This document shows, piece by piece, positions 1 to 9,400 of a DNA stretch of 37,938 bases. Every line of letters starts with the position of its first letter. Positions within the stretch are counted from its first letter, which is position 1. The notes beneath the pieces are model-generated. The model searched no databases, had not been told where the DNA came from, and was given only the letters and a program-made list of their open reading frames with translations. This DNA is from an uncultured Ruficoccus sp. (GTDB taxonomy: Bacteria; Verrucomicrobiota; Verrucomicrobiia; Opitutales; Cerasicoccaceae): positions 1-37,938 of the forward strand of contig OZ223493.1 in assembly GCA_965140785.1 (NCBI GenBank), in the 5' to 3' direction. A program made the translations under genes and the position numbers.

Positions 1-733
1 CCACGGGGCGAAGCTCAATCTCGTGCAGTGCTCCGGGTCGATGACCCACCTTTCCAAGCTCCTCAAGGATGACTACGGCATCCCCATGGAGCGCGTCTCC
101 TTCTTCGGATTCGAAGACACCGCACGTGCTATCTACACCGCCGCCGAGCACTTCGGCGACCCAGAGCTGATGCGTCGCGCAGAGGAACTCGTCCGCGAGG
201 AAATTTCCAAGTACGCCCCCAAGCTCAAACAGTATAAAAAGCGCCTGAAGGGCAAAAAAGCCGCCCTCTATGTCGGCGGTGCCTTCAAAGCCTTCTCCCT
301 CGTGCTTGCACTACGGGCACTAGGGATGAAGACCGTTCTCGCCGGCACCCAGACCGGAAGCGCAGAAGACTACGAACAGCTCAAGGAAATCTGTGATCCG
401 GGCACGGTCATCGTCGATGACTCCAACCCGCTTGAGCTAGCCAAGTTCGTTCTTGGAAAAGGACGTGGACCTCTTTATCGGCGGGCGTCAAGGAGCGTCC
501 CATCGCATTCAAGCTCGGCGTGGCCTTCTGCGACCACAACCACGAGCGCAAAATCCCGCTCGCCGGATTCGAGGGCATGGTCCACTTTGCCGAGGAGGTG
601 GCCAACAGCGCCTGCTCGCCGATCTGGCAGTTTGCCCCGCGCCGTCAGCCGCCAAGGCCCTGCGCCTGCCTACGAGGCCGAGAGCGATGAACTTCCCTCG
701 CCTGCGAAGGAGGTGTGGCATGAGCATGTGTAA
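1..733 (+). CDS. nifE: Nitrogenase FeMo-cofactor scaffold NifE, 5'-truncated by window edge, with apparent frameshifts near 453 and 484 and probably one more; exact stop uncertain (690 or 733)
   Basis: Stitching frames gives KLNLVQCSGSM...GKKAALYVGGAFKAFSLV...DDSNPLEL...EKDVDLFIGGVKERPIAFKLGVAFCDHNHERKIPLAGFEGMVHFAEEV, a NifE C-terminal pattern; lies directly upstream of nifN and nifB. Confidence 0.85.
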   Translation, partial: HGAKLNLVQCSGSMTHLSKLLKDDYGIPMERVSFFGFEDTARAIYTAAEHFGDPELMRRAEELVREEISKYAPKLKQYKKRLKGKKAALYVGGAFKAFSLVLALRALGMKTVLAGTQTGSAEDYEQLKEICDPGTVIVDDSNPLELAKFVLGKGRGPLYRRASRSVPSHSSSAWPSATTTTSAKSRSPDSRAWSTLPRRWPTAPARRSGSLPRAVSRQGPAPAYEAESDELPSPAKEVWHEHV

Positions 734-2134
734 GGGAAATCCCGATACACTAACCACCGAGGGCGTTAAGACCGAGGGCGAGCTGCCCGGCCTCCGCCAC
801 CCGCAATGCCTGCAAGCTTTGCACCCCACTCGGAGCCGCCATGGTCTTTAAGGGCATGCAAAGGTTGCCTGCCGTTTCCTCCACGGTTCCCAGGGCTGCG
901 CGACGTACATCCGCCGCTACATGATCAGCCACTTTCGTGAGCCGGTTGACATCGCCTCCTCCAGCTTCTCGGAGGACGATGCGATCTTCGGCGGCGCGCG
1001 CAACTTTCGCTCAGGGCGTGGACAACGTCATCCACCAGTACGAACCCGATGTCATCGGCGTGGCCACGACCTGCCTCTCAGAGACCATTGGCGACAACAT
1101 GCTCGGCATGATCAAGACGTACAAGGAAAAGCACAGTGGTGACGGTCCACCGCTCGTCCACGTCTCCACTCCCGCCTATACCGGCACGCACAGCGACGGC
1201 TACTACTCGGCCATTCGTGAAGTTGCTCAAAGCTTTTGTCCAGCCCACCCGCATCACCCAGTCTCGCATGGTCAACATCCTTCCGGCCATGATGTCCTGC
1301 GCCGACCTTCGCCACCTACGCGAGATCTGCGCCATGTACGAGATGGAGGCGACCCTCCTGCCCGACTACAGCTCCACGCTGGAGGGCAGCAGCTGGGATT
1401 GCTACCACAAGATTTCCCCCGGCGGCACCTCAGTCGAGGATATTTCCGAGATGGGCACAGCCATCGCCACTCTGGAAATCGGCCACACGCAGGCCGTGGA
1501 CAAGAACAGCGCTGGCTCCTGGCTCGAACGCGAGCACGGCGTGCGCTGCGACTCACTCGGCTGGCCGCTGGGCATCCGCCTGAGCGACCAGTTCTTCGCC
1601 GCCCTGGCCACCATCGCCGACCGTCCGATGCCCGCACAGCTCGCCGACGAGCGCGGGCGACTGATCGACGCCTATGTCGATGCCCACAAATACATCTCTG
1701 GCAAGCGCGCCGCCATCTTCGGCGAGCCGGACCAGGTCGTCGCGCTGGCCGCCTTCATGAGCGAGATCGGAGTCCGTCCGGTCATCTGTGCAACCGGCGC
1801 GAAGGTCAAAAAATGGAAGGAACTGCTCGCCTCCGAGATCGAAGGCGGCACCGCCGATGTCGAAGTTTTATCCGATTCAGATCACGCCAAGCTGGCCGCC
1901 GCCGCCCGCGAGCTGAAGCCCGACATCATCCTCGGCTCCAGCAAGGGCTATCCGTTGGCCCGCGAGCTGAAGATCCCGCTCGTGCGTATCGGCTTCCCGA
2001 TACACGACCGCATCGGCGCCCAGCGCATGCTCAGCGTCGGCTACCGCGGGACGATGGAGCTCTTCGACCGCGTAGCCAATGCGCTGCTCGAAGGCAAACA
2101 GGACGACTCCGACACCGGGTACAGCTACCTTTAA
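720..2134 (+). CDS. nifN: Nitrogenase FeMo-cofactor scaffold NifN, several apparent frameshifts between ~770 and ~1235
   Basis: AAGGAGG RBS at 707-713 and ATG at 720; stitched frames give ATRNACKLCTPLGA, HGSQGCATYIRRYMISHFREPVDIASS, IGVATTCLSETIGD, HVSTPAY and the C-terminal RIGFPIHDRIG; between nifE and nifB. Confidence 0.85.
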
Positions 2135-2209
2135 TCCACCACACATCTATTCACCTAAAAAAACAACTCACCACCACTTTACACACTGGAACAGCGAGAG
2201 GATCACATC

Positions 2210-3520
2210 ATGACGACAGCGACCAACATTGACCCTTCCGAGATCAACCTCGATAACCACCCGTGCTTCAGCAAGGGGGCCTGCGCCACGCACGGACGCA
2301 TCCACCTGCCCATCGCTCCCAAGTGCAACATCCAGTGCAACTACTGCAACCGCGACTTTGACTGTGTCAACGAGAGCCGACCGGGCGTCACCTCCGCCGT
2401 CCTCTCTCCCGGTCAGGCCCTCACTTATCTCGACAAGGTGATGGAGATGCGCGACGACATCGCCGTCGTGGGTATCGCCGGGCCGGGCGACCCCTTCGCC
2501 AATCCGAGAGAGACGATGGAGACCTTCCGCCTGGTACGCGACAAGTATCCGAAGATGATCCTCTGCCTCTCGACCAACGGGCTGGGGCTAACTGAGGAGT
2601 ACGTCAAGGAGCTGGCCGAACTGAAGGTCTCACATGTCACCATCACCATGAACGGGATCGACCCGGAGATCGCAGGCAAGGTCTACGCTTGGGCGCGCCA
2701 CGAGAAGCGCATCTACCGCCACCGCGAGGCCGGCGAGATCATGATCAAAAAGCAGCTCAACGCTATCCGCTGGATCAAGCAGTACGGTATGATCGCCAAG
2801 ATCAACTCGATCATCGTGCCGGGCATCAATGCCGACCACCTGCCCGAGATTGCCAAAAAAGTTTCCGAGCTGGGCGCGGACGTCATGAACTGCATCCCGC
2901 TCCTGCCCACCGCCGAGACGGTTTTTGAAAACCTGCCCGAGCCGGACGCAAAGATGCGCTTCGCCGTGCGGTACAAGTGCGGCGAGCACGTAAACCAGAT
3001 GACCCATTGCGCCCGCTGCCGGGCCGACGCAGTCGGACGCTTGGGCCAGCAGAACACTGAGGAGATCCAGGAACTGATTCGCGAGTGCTCGCGCCTGCCA
3101 CTCAATCCGCAGGAAACCCGCCAGTATGTGGCCGTGGCGACCCGCGAAGGCATGCTGGTCAACCAGCACCTCGGTGAGGCGCGCGAATTCACCATTTTCG
3201 GAATAGATCCGGAGGACGAAGAAGAATTCATCGCCGTCGAAAAGCGCTCTGCCCCGCCCACCGGTCACGGCGATCAGCGTTGGCTCGAAATGGCCAAAAC
3301 CCTCGGCGACTGCCGCGCCATCTTGGTCAACGCCGCAGGCACCACCCCTAAGCAGGCCCTCAGCGCCGGCGGAATCAAGGTCATTGAGATGGAGGGTATG
3401 ATCGACGCGGGGCTGGCCTCGATTTTCCACGGTGAGCAGCTCCCGCCGAGCCTGGTGCGCAGCTTCAAGGGCTGTGGGGCCGGAGTCAGCTGCGGGGGCG
3501 ATGGAACCGGCTGCGGCTGA
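2210..3520 (+). CDS. nifB: Radical SAM FeMo-cofactor biosynthesis protein NifB with C-terminal NifX-like domain
   Basis: HPC motif, CNIQCNYC radical SAM motif, ESRPG, GIAGPGDP, CARCRADA and VNQHLGEA (NifX-like); Cys/Gly-rich tail. Confidence 0.96.
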   Translation: MTTATNIDPSEINLDNHPCFSKGACATHGRIHLPIAPKCNIQCNYCNRDFDCVNESRPGVTSAVLSPGQALTYLDKVMEMRDDIAVVGIAGPGDPFANPRETMETFRLVRDKYPKMILCLSTNGLGLTEEYVKELAELKVSHVTITMNGIDPEIAGKVYAWARHEKRIYRHREAGEIMIKKQLNAIRWIKQYGMIAKINSIIVPGINADHLPEIAKKVSELGADVMNCIPLLPTAETVFENLPEPDAKMRFAVRYKCGEHVNQMTHCARCRADAVGRLGQQNTEEIQELIRECSRLPLNPQETRQYVAVATREGMLVNQHLGEAREFTIFGIDPEDEEEFIAVEKRSAPPTGHGDQRWLEMAKTLGDCRAILVNAAGTTPKQALSAGGIKVIEMEGMIDAGLASIFHGEQLPPSLVRSFKGCGAGVSCGGDGTGCG

Positions 3521-3557
3521 TCCGGGCACTGCCAGTGTATTCAAATTCAATGACACG

Positions 3558-3600
3558 ATCAGAGATCAGCAATTTAGTAATCAACAATTAGCAATTAACC
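3558..3600. repeat. Degenerate heptamer tandem repeat, 6 units
   Basis: ATCAGAG ATCAGCA ATTTAGTA ATCAACA ATTAGCA ATTAACC read directly between nifB and the ferredoxin gene. Confidence 0.55.
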
Positions 3601-3611
3601 TATACTCAATC

Positions 3612-3923
3612 ATGAATAAGCCAGAACATCACCTGTTTATCTGCGGCAGCGCCCGGGCCTCCGGCGAACTCAAGGGCGTGTGCTGCAACAAAGAATCCAT
3701 CAACCTGCTCTCCTACGCCCAGGGCGAGGTCCAGGACCGCATGCTCGACGGCGTGGAGATATCCATGACCGGCTGCCTGAACATGTGCACCCGCGGCCCG
3801 GTCGTCATCGACTACCCCAGCGGTCGCTTTTATGAGAAGGCCACCGAGGAGCTGATCGATGAGATTCTCGACTCTATCGAGGACGGCGAGGTCTGCCAGA
3901 CCAACCTCATCCCCGAGGACTAA
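3612..3923 (+). CDS. Thioredoxin-like [2Fe-2S] ferredoxin
   Basis: MNKPEHHLFIC...GVCC...TGCLNMCTRGPVV; the ATG at 3612 is preferred over the extended ORF start at 3432. Confidence 0.88.
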   Translation: MNKPEHHLFICGSARASGELKGVCCNKESINLLSYAQGEVQDRMLDGVEISMTGCLNMCTRGPVVIDYPSGRFYEKATEELIDEILDSIEDGEVCQTNLIPED

Positions 3924-3947
3924 AAAAAACCAACCTATCCGATACCG

Positions 3948-4160
3948 ATGAAGTTATCCGCACGCAATCAGCTCAAGGGCAAGGTCGTCTCCATCACTAA
4001 GGGCGCTGTCAACGCCGAAGTCGTGATCGAACTGCCAGGCTCTGCGCAGATGGTAAGTATTGTCACTAACACAGCCGTGGAAGCCCTCGGCCTGACCGAA
4101 GGCAGTAGCGCCGTGGCCGTGATCAAGGCCAGCAGCGTGATGCTCGGTGTAGAAGACTAA
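3948..4160 (+). CDS. Molybdate-binding TOBE-domain (Mop/molbindin) protein
   Basis: MKLSARNQLKGKV...GAVNAEV...AVIKASSVM, single Mop domain of 70 aa. Confidence 0.92.
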   Translation: MKLSARNQLKGKVVSITKGAVNAEVVIELPGSAQMVSIVTNTAVEALGLTEGSSAVAVIKASSVMLGVED

Positions 4161-4165
4161 TTGTC

Positions 4166-5308
4166 ATGAGACACGCCCGCTACCTGATTGACACGACGCT
4201 GCGCGACGGCGAGCAGGCAGCGGGCGTGGTTTTTACTCTCAACGAAAAGCTGAGCATATCGCGCCAGTTGGCCGAGGCCGGAGTCCCGGAGCTGGAGGTC
4301 GGCATCCCTGCCATGGGAGAGACCGAGATCGCCCACATTCAGGCCATTGTCGGTCAGCGGCTGCCCTGCCAGATCACCACCTGGGGCCGTGCTTCGCTGG
4401 AGGATTTGGAGGCCGCCGCTCAGACCGGTGCCGACGGTTTTCACTTTTCCCTCCCGGCTAGCGACCTGCACATGCGCATCTGGAAAAAGGATGCCGACTG
4501 GGCGCTCCATACACTGGCCGACTTGGCCCTGGAGGCCCGACGTGCATTTACCACTTTCAGTGTGGGGGCGCAGGACGCCTCCCGCGCCGATCCGGCCTTT
4601 CTCGTTGATTTCGCACAGGCCGCCGAAGATGTCGGCGCGCGGCGTATCCGCCTGGCCGATACAGTGGGCTGCCTGAACCCGCAGTCCACGATGGAAATGA
4701 TCCGCACCGTGCGCGAAGCCACCGAGATCGAAATCGAGTTTCACGGCCACAACGACCTCGGTATGGCCGTCGGCAACACCGTAGCCGCCTTTCTCGCCGG
4801 AGCTGACTGCGCCAGCGTGACCGTCAACGGCTTGGGCGAACGCGCCGGAAACGCCGCTCTTGAGGTCACCGCCGCCGCCCTGCGCCACACCGCCGGGATT
4901 GACCTCGGCATGAACTTCTCCCATTTCGCCGAACTGAGCGACCTCGTCGCCAAGGCCTCCGGACGACGCCTGGCCTGGGACAAGCCCGTCACCGGTGAAG
5001 GCTGCTTCCAGCATGAGTCGGGCATCCACTGTCGGGGCTTGAGCGAGGACCGCGCCAGCTATGAGACGATCAGCGCCGAGGCGGTCGGACGCAAGCGCAG
5101 TTCTTTTGTCATCGGTCGCCACAGCGGTTCGGCCGCGATCGTGCACGCGGCCTCGGACTTGGGCATCCCGCTCACGCGCAGTATGGGGCAGGAGCTTTTG
5201 CCCCAGATTCGGCGCACCTCCGAGCAGCTCGGGCGCGGCCTTTCCTCGAAGGAATTTCAGAAAATCCTGGAGACCTACCTCCTCAAGCACAACGAAGTCT
5301 GGTCATGA
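4166..5308 (+). CDS. nifV: Homocitrate synthase
   Basis: DTTLRDGEQ, ELEVGIPAMG, RIRLADTVG, HGHNDLGMA, GLGERAGNA, HESGIH; nif context. Confidence 0.92.
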   Translation: MRHARYLIDTTLRDGEQAAGVVFTLNEKLSISRQLAEAGVPELEVGIPAMGETEIAHIQAIVGQRLPCQITTWGRASLEDLEAAAQTGADGFHFSLPASDLHMRIWKKDADWALHTLADLALEARRAFTTFSVGAQDASRADPAFLVDFAQAAEDVGARRIRLADTVGCLNPQSTMEMIRTVREATEIEIEFHGHNDLGMAVGNTVAAFLAGADCASVTVNGLGERAGNAALEVTAAALRHTAGIDLGMNFSHFAELSDLVAKASGRRLAWDKPVTGEGCFQHESGIHCRGLSEDRASYETISAEAVGRKRSSFVIGRHSGSAAIVHAASDLGIPLTRSMGQELLPQIRRTSEQLGRGLSSKEFQKILETYLLKHNEVWS

Positions 5309-5790
5309 GTTTCTGGCTCTATCATCACGAGAACCACCACTACACACAGCTCGGTCCGGTCAGGCTGACGGGCGTGGAGGGCTTGTTGGCACGCTACCTC
5401 ACGCAGCACATTCAAGAAGACGCCCCCTATGCCTGGAGCCTGACCAATAAGGACCTCATCCCACTGGTGGACGCCTCGCTTGATCCGGACAAAAACCTGA
5501 TCGTGCTGGACATGCTGCCCGAGAGCCTGACCGAAGTCAGCCTGCACCGTGTTTTCGCCATTCAGGGCAGCTCGGAGGAAGACGAGTCCGACGTCGTGCT
5601 GGCCTGTAAAATCCTTTACCAGGGCAGCCCCAACTGCCCCAGCTCCGCTTTCAAGCAAGACTTCACCTGCGAACCGCCCGCGGACAACCGCCAAATGCTT
5701 GAGGCCCTCCGGCTCACCGGCGGCATTGCCGGGGGCAAGTTCCGGTGGAGCAAACCCAAAATGGATATCGGTGCCACAGTCTGCACCTAA
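5305..5790 (+). CDS. Hypothetical protein, 161 aa, translationally coupled to nifV
   Basis: ATGA start/stop overlap at 5305-5308; host-like codon usage; no motif recognised. Confidence 0.75.
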   Translation: MSFWLYHHENHHYTQLGPVRLTGVEGLLARYLTQHIQEDAPYAWSLTNKDLIPLVDASLDPDKNLIVLDMLPESLTEVSLHRVFAIQGSSEEDESDVVLACKILYQGSPNCPSSAFKQDFTCEPPADNRQMLEALRLTGGIAGGKFRWSKPKMDIGATVCT

Positions 5791-5879
5791 ACGCCGCCGC
5801 CATCCGAACCTCTAGCCACGCCTCCCGCCATCCAAAAACCCCAACACCTTACCAACAAAAACACCAACAGCAATCAGCC

Positions 5880-6351
5880 ATGTCAGATCTTAAGTTAACC
5901 GTCCTGTACGGAACCGAAACCGGCAACTGCGAAGGACTTGCCACGAAAGTCGCCAAGAAAGGCGAGAAAAACGGAGTGGAGGTCGAGCTGATCGACCCTC
6001 TCCGAATACACCGTGGAGAAGCTGGCCGCCATCCAGAACCCCGTTCTGGTCATCATCTCCACCTGGGACGATGGTATGCCGCCGCCCAAATGCGTGGACT
6101 TCTGCAACGAACTTTTCGCCGCCAGCACCGACCTCAGCCACCTCCAGTACACCGTGCTCGCCCTCGGGGACACCGAGTACCCGCTCTACTGCGAATGCGG
6201 CAAGCAGGTGGACGCCAAGCTGGCCGAACTCGGCGCCGAATGCGTGCTCCCGCGCACCGACATGGGCGCGGACTTCATGGTCGATTACATCGGCTGGTCC
6301 AAGAACTTCTGGAAAACCATGAAGGGCGTGTACGGGGTCGGCGCCACCTGA
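5880..6351 (+). CDS. Flavodoxin (short-chain/CysJ-domain-like), one apparent +1 frameshift at 5996-5998
   Basis: LYGTETGNCEGLA FMN loop in the first frame; ISTWDDGMPP and ALGDTEYPLYC in the second; removing one C from GACCCTC joins them as IDLSEYTVEKL. Confidence 0.88.
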
Positions 6352-6403
6352 GTTTTTAAAACACAACAACGAATTCAATTCTCCATCCGGATGAGGCCAG
6401 AGG

Positions 6404-6420
6404 CCGGCACCAGCCGTGCC
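6404..6420 (+). promoter_or_regulatory. Putative sigma-54 (-24/-12) promoter of nifJ
   Basis: CCGGCACCAGCCGTGCC has GG-N10-GC spacing with the GGCAC core, about 36 nt upstream of the nifJ ATG. Confidence 0.45.
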
Positions 6421-6455
6421 CGGCTCCCGGAGCGGAGGCAACTGTAGAGACTGTC

Positions 6456-9400
6456 ATGGGAACAAGCACTTCACCCGAACGTAAAACCATCGATGCCAAT
6501 GAGGCGGTAGCCGCCGTCGCCTACCGGCTGAGCGAGATCATCTCGATCTACCCGATCACGCCGTCCACGCCCATGGGCGAACTCTGTGACGAGTGGAGTG
6601 CCGCCGGCCAGCATAACCTGTGGGGCGACACGCCGCAGGTCGTCCAGCTCCAGAGCGAGGCGGGCGTCGCGGGAACTTTTCACGGTCTGCTTATGGGCGG
6701 AAGCCTGAGCACGACCTTCACCGCTTCGCAGGGCCTGCTCCTGATGATCCCGAACATGTACAAGCTCGCCGGTGAGCTGACTCCGGCGGTCATCCATGTG
6801 TCGGCCCGGGCCATCGCGACCAACGCGCTGTCGATCTTCGGGGACCACAGCGATGTCATGGCCTGCCGCCAGACGGGCTTTGCCATGCTCGCCTCGAACT
6901 CCGTCCAGGAGGCCGCCGACATGGCAGCCATCGCGCACGCAGCCACCCTCAAGAGCCGTGTGCCCTTCCTGCACTTCTTCGACGGCTTCCGCACCTCGCA
7001 CGAGATCAACTCGGTCACCCCGATCCCGAATGAGACTCTGATGTCTCTGTTAGACGAGGATTCGCTGATCCAGTTCTACCAGCGGGCGCTGACGCCGGAC
7101 AATCCCTCCGTACGCGGCACCGCCCACAATCCGGACACGTATTTCCAGTCCCGAGAGGCCACCAACCCATTCTATAAGGACACGCCCGGCACCGTACAGG
7201 CGATCATGGATGCCTTCGCACAGAAGACCGGCCGCGCCTACAAGCTGTACGACTACTATGGCGATCCAGAGGCTGAGCAGCTCATCGTCATGATGGGCTC
7301 GGGCGTGGAGACCGCCGCTGAGACCGCAAAGTGGCTCAACGCCCACAGCGACACCAAATACGGTGTGCTCGCCGTGCGCCTGTACCGTCCCTTCTCGATG
7401 GCGGACTTCTCCGCCGCGATCCCGGCCACAGTCAAATCCATCGCCGTCCTCGACCGCACGAAGGAGCCCGGCTCCCTCGGCGAACCGCTTTACCTCGACA
7501 CTGCTCTGGCCATGCAGCAGGCCGTCCGTAGCGGTCGACGCGCCGCGTTCCCGTTTATCGTCGGGGGACGCTACGGCATCGGCTCGAAGGAGTTTACGCC
7601 CGCGATGGTCAAGTCCGTCTTCGACAACCTGCGCACGAACACCCCGATGGACAGTTTCTCTGTCGGCATCCGCGACGACCTGACCGAGCTTTCGCTGGAC
7701 TGGGACGAGTCCTTCCGCCTCAAATCCGACCACACGCAGGCCGCGGTTTTTTATGGTCTGGGCTCGGACGGCACCGTCGGCGCCAACAAGAACACGATCA
7801 AGATCATCGGCGAAACCACCGACCTGTACACGCAGGCCTACTTCGTCTATGACTCGAAGAAATCCGGCGGCCTGACCACCTCGCACCTTCGCTTCGGCAC
7901 CGAGCCGATCAAGGCCCCGTACCTCGTGGATGAGGCCCGGTTCGTCGGCTGCCACCAGCCGCAGTTCCTGGGTAAGGTCGATGTACTTGCCACCATTTCT
8001 GAGGGCGGGGTCTTCCTCCTCAACTCCCCCCATCCCGCCGGCAAGGTCTGGCACCACCTGCCACTCGAAGTCCAGGAGACCCTGATCGCAAAGAAGATCA
8101 GCTTCCACGTCATCGACGCCTACGCAGTGGCCCGCGAGGTCGGCATGGGTGGTCGCATCAACACCATCATGCAGGTCTGCTTCTTTGCCCTGAGCAAGGT
8201 CATCCCAACCGACGAAGCCATCGCCCACATCAAGGACCGCATCGCAAAGACCTATGGGCGCAAGGGCCCGAAGATCGTTGAGATGAACTGCGCCGCCGTG
8301 GATGCCGCCCTTTCGCACCTGGAAGAAGTCAAAATCCCGGCCGAGGCCACCGCCGCCGCTGCTGCGGCCAAGTGGGTGCCCGACGAGGCCCCGGACTTCG
8401 CCCAGCGCGTCACCGCCCAGCTTCTGGCGGGCCGGGGCGACCTGCTGCCGACCAGCGCCTTCCCGCCCGACGGCACTTGGCCCACCGGCACTTCTCAGTA
8501 CGAGAAGCGCCGTATCGCCTCACACATCCCGGTCTGGGACGCCGAGACCTGCACCCAGTGCAACAAGTGCTCGCTCTTCTGCCCGCACGCCGCCATCCGG
8601 CCTAAGGCTTACGACATCGTCGAGCTGGCCAAGGCCCCCGAGGGCTTCCGCAGTACTAAACTGAAAGGCCCCAGGGCTGACGGCAAGGGCTTCACCATCC
8701 AGGTCTTTCCGGAAGATTGCACCGGCTGCCAGGCCTGCGTCGAGCTCTGCCCGGCCACGGACGCCAACGGTCGCCGCGCCATTGAGATGGAGCCCGTCGA
8801 TGGCATCATGGAACGGGAGAAAGAGAACCTCGCCTTCTTCCAGAGCCTCCCCCTGTCCGACCTCGATCCCGACAAAGCCTCGGCCAAGACCATCACTCTG
8901 CGCCAGCCACTGATCGAGTTCTCCGGCGCGTGCTCGGGCTGTACGCAGACGCCGTACGTGCGCATTCTCACGCAGCTCTTCGGTGACCGGCTGCTGATCG
9001 CCAATGCCACCGGCTGCTCCTCCATTTACGGGGGCAACCTGCCGACCACCCCTTACTGTACCGACGCAGACGGGCGCGGTCCGGCCTGGGCCAACTCGCT
9101 CTTTGAGGATAATGCTGAGTTCGGCCTCGGCCTGCACTTGGCCTCCAAGCACCGCCACGAATCCGCCAAGCGACTCTTAGGCAAACTCGGAGACGAACTC
9201 GGCCAGGACAAGGTGGACGCCCTGCTCAAGGCCAAGCCCGCCGCCGCCCGCCAGATGGTGGCCGATCTCAAAGCGAGCCTCAACGGGGGCGGCAGCGACG
9301 CGGTCAAGCAGCTCAAGCGTCACCTCGATTACCTGGTGGAGAAGATCACCTGGATCATCGGGGGGGACGGCTGGGCCTACGACATCGGCTATGGCGGCCT

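Noticed and set aside
2134..2210. nifN-nifB fusion broken by sequencing error
   Set aside because: Clean stop codon, A/C-rich non-coding spacer and an RBS-like sequence before the nifB ATG
3524..3538. Sigma-54 promoter after nifB (GGGCACTGCCAGTGT)
   Set aside because: The -12 position reads GT rather than GC; more likely a small hairpin
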